Assembly: GCA_964504535.1 (NCBI GenBank)
Contig: CAZDED010000004.1
Span: forward strand, 44,115 to 108,114
Direction: 5' to 3'
Source: an uncultured Gammaproteobacteria bacterium
Lineage (GTDB): Bacteria; Patescibacteriota; Microgenomatia; Levybacterales; GWA1-39-11
DNA: 64,000 bases
In this document: piece after piece, positions 46,908-56,070 of the stretch
Layout: each line of letters opens with the position of its first letter
Numbering within the stretch: position 1 is the first letter of the stretch
The notes under the pieces: generated by a model
Told to the model about the DNA's origin: nothing
What the model saw: only the letters and a program-made list of their open reading frames with translations
Databases searched by the model: none
Position numbers and translations under genes: made by a program

Positions 46908-47333
46908 ATGGCGACAATAAATCCCTGGATCAACTTCAATGGTAATGCTGAGGAAGCATTTACTTTTTACAAATCAGTATTTGGCGGTGAATTTACGAAA
47001 GTGGTACGTTTTAAAGATATCGCAACTGAAGAATTCCCAGTAGATGAAAAAGAAGAAAATAAAATTATGTATATCTCTTTGCCCATCGGTAAAGAGAATA
47101 TGCTAATAGCAAATGATGTTCCTGAAATTATGGGACGAGTAAATGAGCAGGAGAACAGAAGCAAGATTTCAATAAATGCGGAAAGTAAAGAAGAGGCGGA
47201 CAAATTGTTTACTGGTTTATCTGAGGGCGGAGAAGTAGAAGGACCCATGGGAGACAGTCCTTGGGACTCATATGCGGGCATGTTTCGGGATAAATACGGC
47301 ATTGAATGGATAATAGAATTTTCTAACAAATAA
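46908..47333 (+). CDS. VOC (glyoxalase/bleomycin-resistance) family protein, PhnB-like.
   Basis: Characteristic NFNGNAEEAFTFYKSVFGGEF N-terminus of PhnB-like VOC proteins. Confidence 0.6.
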   Translation: MATINPWINFNGNAEEAFTFYKSVFGGEFTKVVRFKDIATEEFPVDEKEENKIMYISLPIGKENMLIANDVPEIMGRVNEQENRSKISINAESKEEADKLFTGLSEGGEVEGPMGDSPWDSYAGMFRDKYGIEWIIEFSNK

Positions 47334-47334
47334 C

Positions 47335-47835
47335 ATGAGTCGACTTATTACATGCATCTGGTTTTCCAACAATGACGGGGAAGAGGCAGCAAATTACTAC
47401 ATAGACACTTTCAATTCTGCTCCAGGTAATCACGAGGGAAAAATTGGAGACATCACAAAATCACCTAAGGCATCTGAAGAAGTTTCTGGTAGACCTGAAG
47501 GGTCAATTTTGACTGCAGAATATGAGTTGGATGGAATAAGTTTTATGGCTCTTAATGGTGGCCCCGTTGATCAATTCAAACTTAACGGCGCAACATCTTA
47601 CATTATTGAATGTGAGACGCAGGAAGAAATTGACTACTTCTGGGAAAAACTTTCCGCAATTGCCGAGGCAGAGCAGTGCGGATGGTGCACAGATAAATTC
47701 GGGGTCACATGGCAAGTAGTCCCAAGGATTTTAGATGAGATGATGCGCGATCCTGAAAAAGCTGACGCTGTAACAAATGTCTTTATGCCAATGAAAAAAC
47801 TTGACCTTGAAGCAATCCGAAAAGCTGGTGAATAA
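47335..47835 (+). CDS. VOC-superfamily protein of the 3-demethylubiquinone-9 3-methyltransferase-like (PhnB-like) type.
   Basis: CIWFSNNDGEEAANYYIDTF start and C-terminal WGVTWQVVP pattern typical of the family. Confidence 0.55.
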   Translation: MSRLITCIWFSNNDGEEAANYYIDTFNSAPGNHEGKIGDITKSPKASEEVSGRPEGSILTAEYELDGISFMALNGGPVDQFKLNGATSYIIECETQEEIDYFWEKLSAIAEAEQCGWCTDKFGVTWQVVPRILDEMMRDPEKADAVTNVFMPMKKLDLEAIRKAGE

Positions 47836-47892
47836 AGCTGTTCTGACGTTGTCTGCCCTCAAAGTACTAATTTAATATGTGAAGCAATTGAT

Positions 47893-48225
47893 TTGCACTG
47901 CTATAATAAACAAGACATGACAAAAAATCCTCTTATTAATTCAGCTAGTGCACTAGGATATATTATCCTTGTGAGCACAGCTCTTAACTACATGTCGACC
48001 ATCAACAAAGGCAAACCTGATACTATGTTTGCTCCTATTGCATTCTTGTCTTTGTTCACTTTTTCAGCAGCTCTGATGGGTTACTTCTTTCTCTATCAAC
48101 CAGTGCAACTCTATATTGATGGGAAGAAAAAAGAAGCAACAAAGCTTTTTACACGAACACTGTTATATTTTGGAATCGTCCCTGTTATTCTTTTTGCTTT
48201 GTTTACTCTTGGCATCCTCCACTAA
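47893..48225 (+). CDS. Hypothetical small membrane protein (3 TM).
   Basis: Hydrophobic 110-aa ORF. Confidence 0.35.
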   Translation: MHCYNKQDMTKNPLINSASALGYIILVSTALNYMSTINKGKPDTMFAPIAFLSLFTFSAALMGYFFLYQPVQLYIDGKKKEATKLFTRTLLYFGIVPVILFALFTLGILH

Positions 48226-48462
48226 GCCCCACACACACTTTTTTACAACCAATCTCGAATTTGATACTAATCACATAAATTTTTATGTTTGGATAGTAGA
48301 ATTGATATATGAAAATAAATAAAGAGTGGCATACTAAAAATAGGATGGTAAAAAATCCGACTCTTGATGAGAGAGTGGGGTGGCACCTTCAGCATGCAAA
48401 ACATTGCATCTGCCACCCATTGGGAGGTAAAATTTTAGAAGAGATAAAGAAAAGAGGTATTC

Positions 48463-48840
48463 ATGTCTAAAAAAATAATTATTGACACGGTGGGTTGGGG
48501 AGTTATGCTTTGGCTCATAGGCTATCTTCTTGGAATTATTCTGTTCTTTTTTATTCCCTCTTCGTTATTAGGATGGGTTATCATGCCAATAGGAATAACA
48601 ATTACTCTTTGGGTTTTGTTGAAAAAAATTACCAACAATTCGATAAAGCATTATCTCCTGCTTGGAGTTGCTTGGACTACAATTGCGGTCGTTTGCGATT
48701 ATTTTTTATTAGTAAAAGTATTTAAGCCAGTTGACGGCTATTATAAATTGGATGTTTATATTTATTACTTTACGACCTTACTCCTACCAGCTATTGTCGG
48801 GTGGATGAAAATATTAAAAAAAGAAAACTTTCAGCTGTAA
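48463..48840 (+). CDS. Hypothetical small membrane protein (4 TM); preceded by a GC-rich hairpin and a good SD.
   Basis: Hydrophobic 125-aa ORF; aaagagg SD 8 nt upstream of the ATG. Confidence 0.4.
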   Translation: MSKKIIIDTVGWGVMLWLIGYLLGIILFFFIPSSLLGWVIMPIGITITLWVLLKKITNNSIKHYLLLGVAWTTIAVVCDYFLLVKVFKPVDGYYKLDVYIYYFTTLLLPAIVGWMKILKKENFQL

Positions 48841-48844
48841 TTAT

Positions 48845-49306
48845 TTATTTGAAACCTCTAACTTTGGGGCTTACGAGGGCTCTAAAGATATCTCCCTTAC
48901 TTACTATTCCAAGAACGTGTTTTTTGTCATCAACAACCGGTAGCCGTCCTACTTCTTTTAATTTCATGATAGATTCTGCTTTCAGAATAGGATCATCCAA
49001 ATGAATATAAGTAACTCTTTTACTCATGACTTCTTTCACTTTCTTTTGAAGTACCGGCTTTATTTTTTTCTCCATCGCTTCAAAATCACGTTCATGGACA
49101 TAATCCACCATCAGATCTGAAACACTCGGAAACATTTCTGAAATGATGTCTTGCTCGGAAATAAATCCAACCAATTTCTTGTATTTCCCTTCAACTACTG
49201 GAAGACCTTTGTGATGTTTACCAAAGATTAATTTAGCTGCGTCATTTAATGTGGCGTTGGGAGTAGTACTAACGAATTTCTTTTTGAAAATATCTTTTAC
49301 TTTCAA
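48845..49306 (-). CDS. CBS-domain pair protein.
   Basis: Two CBS repeats (GLPVVEG...VGFISEQDI and GRLPVVDDKKHVLGIVSKGDI). Confidence 0.7.
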   Translation of the reverse strand: MKVKDIFKKKFVSTTPNATLNDAAKLIFGKHHKGLPVVEGKYKKLVGFISEQDIISEMFPSVSDLMVDYVHERDFEAMEKKIKPVLQKKVKEVMSKRVTYIHLDDPILKAESIMKLKEVGRLPVVDDKKHVLGIVSKGDIFRALVSPKVRGFK

Positions 49307-49396
49307 GCTTGTAATATTATACTCCTACTACACAATAGGCTGCTTGATCATATGTGCCTCTTCTATTTTTGGCCGTGAGGGTATATAATAACTCTC

Positions 49397-49543
49397 ATGG
49401 CAAAAAGAGCAACGGGAGTTGGAAAAAGAGGACGCATCCACTCACCAAAAACAAAAAAAAGAATGGCTATCAAAGAAGCAATGCTTAAAGCATTGGCTGT
49501 CAAAAGAGGATTTACTGGCAAAAGAAAAGATAAAAAATCCTAA
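49397..49543 (+). CDS. Candidate 48-aa highly basic small protein not in the ORF track (possibly ribosome- or nucleic-acid-associated).
   Basis: Manual translation gives MAKRATGVGKRGRIHSPKTKKRMAIKEAMLKALAVKRGFTGKRKDKKS. It is preceded by a good -10-like gtatataat, with ggcaaaaagag near the start. Confidence 0.3.
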   Translation: MAKRATGVGKRGRIHSPKTKKRMAIKEAMLKALAVKRGFTGKRKDKKS

Positions 49544-49614
49544 CTGACCCATATTCTCCTTCGCAATTTTCTTTCACAGATTTTTTAAAAACCTCTTTTA
49601 GTGTACTATTAAAT

Positions 49615-50073
49615 ATGATGTCTAATAAAATAGTACGGCTTTTTGTTTTTATTCTTATGTGCCAGGGGGCTGGACTGGTTGGCTCCATTTTCACTTTTGA
49701 TTCTATTAACACTTGGTACTCTACCTTACAAAAACCTTTCTTCAATCCTCCTAACTACATTTTTGGGCCTGTCTGGACACTTCTTTATACGATGATGGGA
49801 ATTTCACTATTTCTTGTCTGGGGGAAGAAGAAGACAAATCTTAGGTGGTTTTGGGTGCAATTAGCCCTTAACACTTTATGGTCAATCGTTTTTTTTGGAC
49901 TAAAAAATCCCAGCGCTGCACTAGTTGTAGTAGTTTTTCTCTGGATTAGTATTTTTAAGACAATTATTAGTTTCAAAAAGATCAATAGGGCATCTTCTTA
50001 CCTTTTGTATCCATACCTTGCTTGGGTAACTTTTGCTTCTATTCTCAATGCAGCCATAATGCTTCTTAACTAG
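49615..50073 (+). CDS. tspO: TspO/MBR family tryptophan-rich sensory protein.
   Basis: Five-TM pattern with FNPP..IFGPVWTLLY and W-rich motifs (LAWVTFASILN). Confidence 0.75.
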   Translation: MMSNKIVRLFVFILMCQGAGLVGSIFTFDSINTWYSTLQKPFFNPPNYIFGPVWTLLYTMMGISLFLVWGKKKTNLRWFWVQLALNTLWSIVFFGLKNPSAALVVVVFLWISIFKTIISFKKINRASSYLLYPYLAWVTFASILNAAIMLLN

Positions 50074-50206
50074 TGACCAGTTGCTCAAAATGAACACTCA
50101 CAAATGGAAGAAAAAACACAAGATCAATCCAACAATTATTAACTCAGCGTAAGAAAGAAACAATTAGAGTTTACAATATGACTACGCTAAATGTTAGAGC
50201 TTATAC

Positions 50207-50746
50207 TCAATAGTGCTCCATAAGCGACAAAATTTTCCTTACTGTATTTAAATTTCTCATCGTCATTTCTTTATAGACTTTCTTTCCTATCAATTTATTA
50301 AATGAACTTTTCGTAAGTCCTGAAAGAGTAGTGCCCATATAAAGTACTCCTGGTCCTTTGTCTAAAAAATCTATCCCTTCTTTTACATCAACCTGACCAT
50401 AGACTTCATCAACTGTAGTCGGACTTATGATAAAGCTCACATAGCATCTCAGGTCTTCCTCTTTTCTCCAAGAAGTTGGAATTTTTTTTAAAATATCTTT
50501 AAATTGAGAAAGAGAGACAACAACAATTTTTACAGCATATCTGAATCTATCCTCAACAACCTTTTCTAATCGTGCACAAATACTTCCCGTATTTTTCTCA
50601 GGAGTTTCAAAGATGACATTCCCACTATTTATATATGTGACGACATTTGTAAATCCCTCTTTTTCGAAAGACTCTTTGAGGTCTGCCATTTTTACTTGAG
50701 TGTTTCCTCCCACATTTATTCCCCGAAGTAGTGCAACATATTTCAT
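50207..50746 (-). CDS. DUF1697-family protein.
   Basis: MKYVALLRGINVGGN start diagnostic of DUF1697. Confidence 0.65.
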   Translation of the reverse strand: MKYVALLRGINVGGNTQVKMADLKESFEKEGFTNVVTYINSGNVIFETPEKNTGSICARLEKVVEDRFRYAVKIVVVSLSQFKDILKKIPTSWRKEEDLRCYVSFIISPTTVDEVYGQVDVKEGIDFLDKGPGVLYMGTTLSGLTKSSFNKLIGKKVYKEMTMRNLNTVRKILSLMEHY

Positions 50747-50787
50747 GAAAGTAGTGTATCACTTTTTACCAACCCAATCCCACAAAA

Positions 50788-51339
50788 CTAATTACTGAGA
50801 GGATATTGAACGACAGGATTTACAGAAAGAGTCTTTGACATGTATCCTTCGATATATGCATGGACACGCTCGGGCATATAGATGTTGCTCAATTGAATTT
50901 CATTCCCGTAGCCACTGATAGTTGAGGAGCCCAACAATATAGTACCGTGCTGCAATAATCTTCCCAACATGTTCCTTTTTATTGACATCGTTCCAATATT
51001 TGAGAGATCATATACCTTCTCTTTTGATGAGAATATTCCTTCGGATTGGATCAGCCATTTATCAACAAATCGTGAATGTTTACCAGACCAACGAAGAAAT
51101 ATTAGTACGATAACCATTGTCTGTATCAACATCTGAATAGCACTAGCGACAATCAGAATTATAGTCCTTAACAATGGATGTCCGGAAGGGAGCAGTAGTA
51201 GAGCTATGGCAAAAGCAATAAAAACGACCTCGCTTGAAACAACAAGTATTATAATTTTTAAAACTAATATACTTGTGGCTTCGCGAAGCGGCACGCCATG
51301 AAGTAGGTCTTTTTTCATTTTGTGTATTGTAGGATGCAT
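50788..51339 (-). CDS. Membrane protein with a bacterial PH domain (bPH_2, YdbS-like).
   Basis: Two TM helices then a PH-like region (YDLSNIGTMSIKRNMLGRLLQHGTILL). Confidence 0.5.
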   Translation of the reverse strand: MHPTIHKMKKDLLHGVPLREATSILVLKIIILVVSSEVVFIAFAIALLLLPSGHPLLRTIILIVASAIQMLIQTMVIVLIFLRWSGKHSRFVDKWLIQSEGIFSSKEKVYDLSNIGTMSIKRNMLGRLLQHGTILLGSSTISGYGNEIQLSNIYMPERVHAYIEGYMSKTLSVNPVVQYPLSN

Positions 51340-51477
51340 TCAACGAGGCGTATGTGATTTAAATCACACATTATAAGACTTAATTCTCTCTTTTTTTAGC
51401 TCATGGAAATAATTTCTAACAAATTATATATAGGATTTGTTAACAACTTGATATATAATTATAAATAATAAATAAAT

Positions 51478-51864
51478 ATGAAAAGGTCACCCGTTGTACA
51501 TTTTGAAATACCTTTCAAGGATTCTAATAGAGTAGTTGAATTCTACTCAAAAGTTTTTGGATGGGAGATGACCCAAATGGGAGAGAGTATGGCAAATTAC
51601 ATTCTTGCAGAAACGACAGAGACCGAGAATATGGCCTCCACAAAACCAGGAGAGATCAATGGTGGATTTTTTGAGTCCTCTGAGGAGAACAATAAATATC
51701 CACTCGTAACAATAAAAGTAGAGAATATGGAAGAGGCTATGGAGGAAGTACAAGCTGCCGGGGGTAAAATCCTCAGTGGTCCACATGATATTCCAGGTGT
51801 CGGTAAGTATACTTCGATAATGGATTCTGAAGACAATAGAGTATCTCTTCTTCAAGCATTTTAG
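51478..51864 (+). CDS. VOC/glyoxalase-family protein.
   Basis: VVHFEIPFKD...FYSKVFGWEM N-terminus of the glyoxalase fold. Confidence 0.6.
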   Translation: MKRSPVVHFEIPFKDSNRVVEFYSKVFGWEMTQMGESMANYILAETTETENMASTKPGEINGGFFESSEENNKYPLVTIKVENMEEAMEEVQAAGGKILSGPHDIPGVGKYTSIMDSEDNRVSLLQAF

Positions 51865-51944
51865 GATATTTTTTAGCGTGGATGAATTTTTAAACCTGAC
51901 AAATTTAACCCTTGACTTAATTAAGCGAATGGTTTATTATATCC

Positions 51945-52265
51945 TTGATGGATACATATGCTGCTCTTGCAGAACCCAGACGACGCGAAATATTAGAGCT
52001 TCTAGCAAAGAGTGGGAGACTTACGGCAACTGATATTTCTAATAATTTCAAAATTTCTCCTCCTGCCATTTCACAACACCTAAAAGTTTTGCGAGAAGCA
52101 AAACTAGTTGACATGGAAAAGCAAGCACAAAGTAGAATTTACACAATTAATACAAAAAATTTACATGAAATAGAGATTTGGATTGATAAAATAAATAAGA
52201 TGTGGAATCAGAAGTTTAATAGACTAGAAAGGGTTCTTAATAAATTGAAAAATGGAAAACAATAA
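51945..52265 (+). CDS. ArsR/SmtB-family transcriptional regulator.
   Basis: LAEPRRREILELLAKSGRLTATDISNNFKISPPAISQHLKVLREAKLV (HTH_20). Confidence 0.85.
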   Translation: MMDTYAALAEPRRREILELLAKSGRLTATDISNNFKISPPAISQHLKVLREAKLVDMEKQAQSRIYTINTKNLHEIEIWIDKINKMWNQKFNRLERVLNKLKNGKQ

Positions 52266-52686
52266 AATCACAATCCAAACAATGATAAATGCACCAATAG
52301 CAAAAGTGTGGGAACTCTGGAATCAACCAGAACACATCACAGGTTGGGCTTTCGCATCAGACACATGGGAAGCTCCACATGCAGAAAATGATCTTCGTGT
52401 TGGCGGAAAATTTATGACCCGCATGCAGGAGAAGGGCACTGACAACGGATTTAATTTCGGAGGAGTCTATACAAATGTTATAGAATACAAAACCATTGAG
52501 TATGATATGTCAAAAGAACTTAACGATGTAAATAGCCGTCACGTTGCAATAGATTTTGAAGAGACACCAACTGGAGTTAAGGTTACACAAACCTTTGATC
52601 CTGAGAATGAGAATCCAATTGAGATGCAGAGACAGGGATGGCAAACAATTCTTGATAATTTCAAGAAATATGTAGAGAACAATTAA
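52252..52686 (+). CDS. SRPBCC-superfamily protein (AHSA1/activator of Hsp90 ATPase-like), commonly paired with ArsR.
   Basis: TMINAPIAKVWELWNQPEHITGW N-terminus; overlaps the ArsR stop by 14 nt. Confidence 0.7.
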   Translation: MENNKITIQTMINAPIAKVWELWNQPEHITGWAFASDTWEAPHAENDLRVGGKFMTRMQEKGTDNGFNFGGVYTNVIEYKTIEYDMSKELNDVNSRHVAIDFEETPTGVKVTQTFDPENENPIEMQRQGWQTILDNFKKYVENN

Positions 52687-52690
52687 CTCT

Positions 52691-53044
52691 ATGCAAAAAT
52701 TTGATACCGTTGATGAGTATATCAACTCACTTCCAGACAAAACAAAAAAGGAACTTACAAAATTAAGAAATAAAATTAAAGAAATAGTACCTGATGCTGT
52801 TGAGAGCATGACTTATGGCATGCCTGGATACAAATTAAATAATAAGCCGCTTGTTTATTTTGCAGGATGGAAAGATCATATCGGCTTTTATCCAACTCCA
52901 AATGGCATGGAGCAATTTGACAAAGAACTTGCGCCTTACAAGACCGGCAAAGGAACAGCACAATTTCCATTAGACAATCCTCTGCCTTTTGGTTTGATCA
53001 CAAGAATTGTTAAATATAGAGAAGAGGAGACCAAAAACAAATAA
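52691..53044 (+). CDS. DUF1801 (YdhG-like) protein.
   Basis: VDEYINSLPD...GMPGYKLNNKPLVYFAGWKDHIGFYP pattern of DUF1801. Confidence 0.65.
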   Translation: MQKFDTVDEYINSLPDKTKKELTKLRNKIKEIVPDAVESMTYGMPGYKLNNKPLVYFAGWKDHIGFYPTPNGMEQFDKELAPYKTGKGTAQFPLDNPLPFGLITRIVKYREEETKNK

Positions 53045-53069
53045 GAAGATTACTTGTTCTCACTGACCT

Positions 53070-53495
53070 ATGCACCATAAGGTCTTAATCCGTTATAATA
53101 AAATTATGTTAAATCTAAATTCAATAATGCTAGGAACCATGCAACCAAAAATCATGGCAAAATTTTATGAGGAAGTTTTTGGAAGAACCCCTGATATGAC
53201 CGAAGGGGATTGGGCCGGATGGCAAGTTGGTAGCAGTTTCTTTTCAGTTGGAGAGCATTCTGAGATGAAAGGTGAGTCAAAAGAGGGAGGACGTGTGATG
53301 TTCAATCTTGAAACAACCGAAGTTAGAGACGAATTCAAAAGAATCTCAAAAATTGAAGGAATAAAGGTCATAAAAGAACCATATGACATGGGCGGGATGG
53401 AAATAGCTACATTTGCAGATCCTGATGGAAATTATTTTCAACTTATGTCGCCTTGGGGTGATGAGGTAGAAGAAAAAGTAACCCTCCCTAACTAA
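53070..53495 (+). CDS. VOC/glyoxalase-family protein; likely start at the internal Met (MLNLNS, about 53106).
   Basis: MQPKIMAKFYEEVFGRTPDM... glyoxalase-fold N-terminus; the fourth VOC paralog in this region. Confidence 0.55.
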   Translation: MHHKVLIRYNKIMLNLNSIMLGTMQPKIMAKFYEEVFGRTPDMTEGDWAGWQVGSSFFSVGEHSEMKGESKEGGRVMFNLETTEVRDEFKRISKIEGIKVIKEPYDMGGMEIATFADPDGNYFQLMSPWGDEVEEKVTLPN

Positions 53496-54007
53496 TCTTT
53501 CTTTTTACCTGCCATATATTCTCTCCGTAGTCTAAATCTCGTTGCAATGTCTTGTGCTTCTTCAAGTTCACCTGGGGTAGATACAGCAAGACCTTGTCCT
53601 CTTAAATAATCGTCTACAGCTTTTTTAAAATCCTCTTCAAGCGCATTTGGCTCATCTGTGGCAAGAGAGCTTGGATCATTTGGATCATATGCAAAATTTA
53701 CAATTTCTCCTCCATCAACTAACGTATGCCTTCCAGCAATTCTGAATTTTGAAGTTCCTCTCTCAGATGATCCGAGTCTGTATTCAAGATCCTCATATTT
53801 ATTTCCTTTTATCTTGGCAGCAATTTCTTGTACGTTCAGTGAACGTGCTATTGCACCTGCGTCTGAGTCTGGATTAACAATATCGTGATACATACCGGCG
53901 ATTGCATCCATTCTTTCCTGGGTAAGATCGGAAAGTCTCATACCATAAACTGGCAACTCGGGGGCGTTACTTTCCGGATTCGTTGGTTGATCTCCTGCTT
54001 CTGGCAT
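53492..54007 (-). CDS. Hypothetical protein.
   Basis: 171-aa ORF with no family recognised; GC slightly elevated. Confidence 0.35.
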   Translation of the reverse strand: MPEAGDQPTNPESNAPELPVYGMRLSDLTQERMDAIAGMYHDIVNPDSDAGAIARSLNVQEIAAKIKGNKYEDLEYRLGSSERGTSKFRIAGRHTLVDGGEIVNFAYDPNDPSSLATDEPNALEEDFKKAVDDYLRGQGLAVSTPGELEEAQDIATRFRLRREYMAGKKKD

Positions 54008-54023
54008 CTTAATTAAGAGGGTA

Positions 54024-54284
54024 CTATTCTGATTGCACTGATTTTGCTAATTTTTTGTGGGCAGTAACGAGTCCTAATGTTATAAAAGCAAGATAAACTA
54101 TCCCTGTAAAGCATGTAGAAACCATATGGGAGGGATTGGCTATAACAAGCCCTGTGCCTGTTATTAAAGTCAGACCTACGAGTCCGTATGAAATATTAAG
54201 CTTTGCTTTGTTGGGATGAAGAAGAGTACCCCCCGTATAAATAATGCTTATAATTGCGATCACGACATGAATAACTATTGCCAT
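54024..54284 (-). CDS. Small membrane protein (3 TM) at the distal end of the quinol oxidase operon.
   Basis: 86-aa hydrophobic ORF, 4 nt from cyoE. Confidence 0.4.
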   Translation of the reverse strand: MAIVIHVVIAIISIIYTGGTLLHPNKAKLNISYGLVGLTLITGTGLVIANPSHMVSTCFTGIVYLAFITLGLVTAHKKLAKSVQSE

Positions 54285-54287
54285 AAT

Positions 54288-55142
54288 TTATATATGAAAG
54301 AAAGAGTCTACAGATAGCATAATACAAAACGCCAACAAATTCAAAAGAGAAAACCCAAACATTTTTTTTGCCCATTTTATTTCGTCTTTAGCATTAAAAC
54401 CCTTCACTCCAATATACAACCATACTAGACTCACGAGAGAAATAATTATTAGATACGGATACCCTGCATATCCGAGAAAGGTAAAAAGAGAAGTTATTAC
54501 AATAAATGCGCAAATATAAAAAAGAATCTGTATCTTAGTATTCTTAATTCCTCTCACAATCGGGAGAACAGGGATGCCTGCGTCTTTATAGTCGCTCATC
54601 CTATAAATTGCGATCGAGTAAAAATGGGGCATTTGCCATGCAACCAAAACAGCAAACAGTAGAAGGGCGGGGACATCAAAGTTATTTGTAACTGCCACAT
54701 ATCCAACAACCGGCGGAACTGCCCCTGAGATACTTCCGACAAGTGTACCGTATTCAGATTTCCTTTTCCAAATACTGTACACGACAACATAAAAGAAAAA
54801 TCCCAGGCAAGCAGTAAGCGCAGTTATTGTATTAATATTAATAAGAAAAAGAACTCCCAATACCCCCAAGACTGTCCCAAACGTCAAGGCATTTTTGACA
54901 GGAATAGTTCTTTTAGCCAGTGCTCTTTTTTTGGTACGATCCATTTTTCTGTCGATTGTGCGATCTATATAATTATTAAAAACACACCCTGAGGCAATCA
55001 CCAAAGACAAACCTGAAGCCATCTCAAACATTGTAGATATATTTACATTTCCGCGTGCAGCAAATAAAAAACCGGCAAGTGCGGCTATGATGTTTCCCCT
55101 AATTATTCCGGGTTTTGTGAGGAGATAATAATTTCTTAGCAC
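54288..55142 (-). CDS. cyoE: Protoheme IX farnesyltransferase (heme O synthase).
   Basis: UbiA-family prenyltransferase topology with conserved NxxxDxxxD-like motif (NNYIDRTIDRKMDRT); operon position after the oxidase subunits. Confidence 0.8.
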   Translation of the reverse strand: MLRNYYLLTKPGIIRGNIIAALAGFLFAARGNVNISTMFEMASGLSLVIASGCVFNNYIDRTIDRKMDRTKKRALAKRTIPVKNALTFGTVLGVLGVLFLININTITALTACLGFFFYVVVYSIWKRKSEYGTLVGSISGAVPPVVGYVAVTNNFDVPALLLFAVLVAWQMPHFYSIAIYRMSDYKDAGIPVLPIVRGIKNTKIQILFYICAFIVITSLFTFLGYAGYPYLIIISLVSLVWLYIGVKGFNAKDEIKWAKKMFGFSLLNLLAFCIMLSVDSFFHI

Positions 55143-55546
55143 TATTTAGATATCCCTTCGTCATACTGGATATAATCTTGAATGACTTCATTGGGCATCA
55201 TATTGTAATTGAGATGAGTCATGATCCATATCGACCCAATAACTACAAGGGCGACAATCGAAAGAGCAGAGAGGAACACAGCAAGATTCCAACGAGGTCC
55301 ATTTTCTTTATCTAAATGAAGGAAAAAGATTGACTGCACTACAAATTGTAAAAGAGCCAGAAAAATAATAACTCCAATCGTAATATCTTTTGGAATTAAA
55401 TTTTGCGTTACTACTAAATAGGAAGAGAGTGTTAGAAGTCCCGAAAGTGAAAATCCAATAACATATGATTCAAGTGTTCCTTCTTTTTTATGTGCCTTCA
55501 TGATAATCCTCCCATCAAATAAACTATCGTAAATATAAATATCCAA
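55142..55546 (-). CDS. cyoD: Cytochrome o/aa3 quinol oxidase subunit IV.
   Basis: Three-TM, ~130-aa protein with YVIGFSLSGLLTLSSY pattern; operon position. Confidence 0.7.
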   Translation of the reverse strand: MDIYIYDSLFDGRIIMKAHKKEGTLESYVIGFSLSGLLTLSSYLVVTQNLIPKDITIGVIIFLALLQFVVQSIFFLHLDKENGPRWNLAVFLSALSIVALVVIGSIWIMTHLNYNMMPNEVIQDYIQYDEGISK

Positions 55547-56070
55547 ACAATATCAAGAAAGTGCCAAAATAGTCCCGCCATTGAAATTTTCTGAAGGTTA
55601 GTCTGAGTTAGTCCACGCTTCCTAACATACAGTAGAATTATTGCTATCCAGATACATCCTATTAATATATGGAGACCGTGGGTTCCGGTGAGGGCAAAAA
55701 AGGAAGACAAGAAAGCGCTTTTTGTCCAATCGCTTCCCTCGGATATAAGATGAGCAAACTCATAAAGCTCCATACCTACAAAAACCAACCCCAGGCTCAC
55801 TGTTACAAGAAGCAACATGACTGTTTTTCTCACATTATTGGCACGAGCTGCCATCATCGCTAGTCCACAAATAAATGAACTTATTAGAAGAATAAATGTC
55901 TCCACCAATACAAATGGCGGGTTGAATATTTCCTTAATTGTTATCCCTCCAAACGTGCTGTCTCTCAGAACGGCATAAACAGCAAAAAGAACCGCAAACA
56001 TCAAAAGATCAGTCATGAGATAAATCCAAAAGCCAAAAAGGGCACTGTCGTCTTTTTTATGTTCTTGCAT
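55498..56070 (-). CDS. cyoC: Quinol oxidase subunit III. The start is trimmed to the internal Met at 56070; the ORF-track start at 56136 would overlap cyoB by 80 nt.
   Basis: Five-TM heme-copper oxidase subunit III pattern (HGLHILIG, FWHFLDIVWIFIFT). Confidence 0.75.
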   Translation of the reverse strand: MQEHKKDDSALFGFWIYLMTDLLMFAVLFAVYAVLRDSTFGGITIKEIFNPPFVLVETFILLISSFICGLAMMAARANNVRKTVMLLLVTVSLGLVFVGMELYEFAHLISEGSDWTKSAFLSSFFALTGTHGLHILIGCIWIAIILLYVRKRGLTQTNLQKISMAGLFWHFLDIVWIFIFTIVYLMGGLS

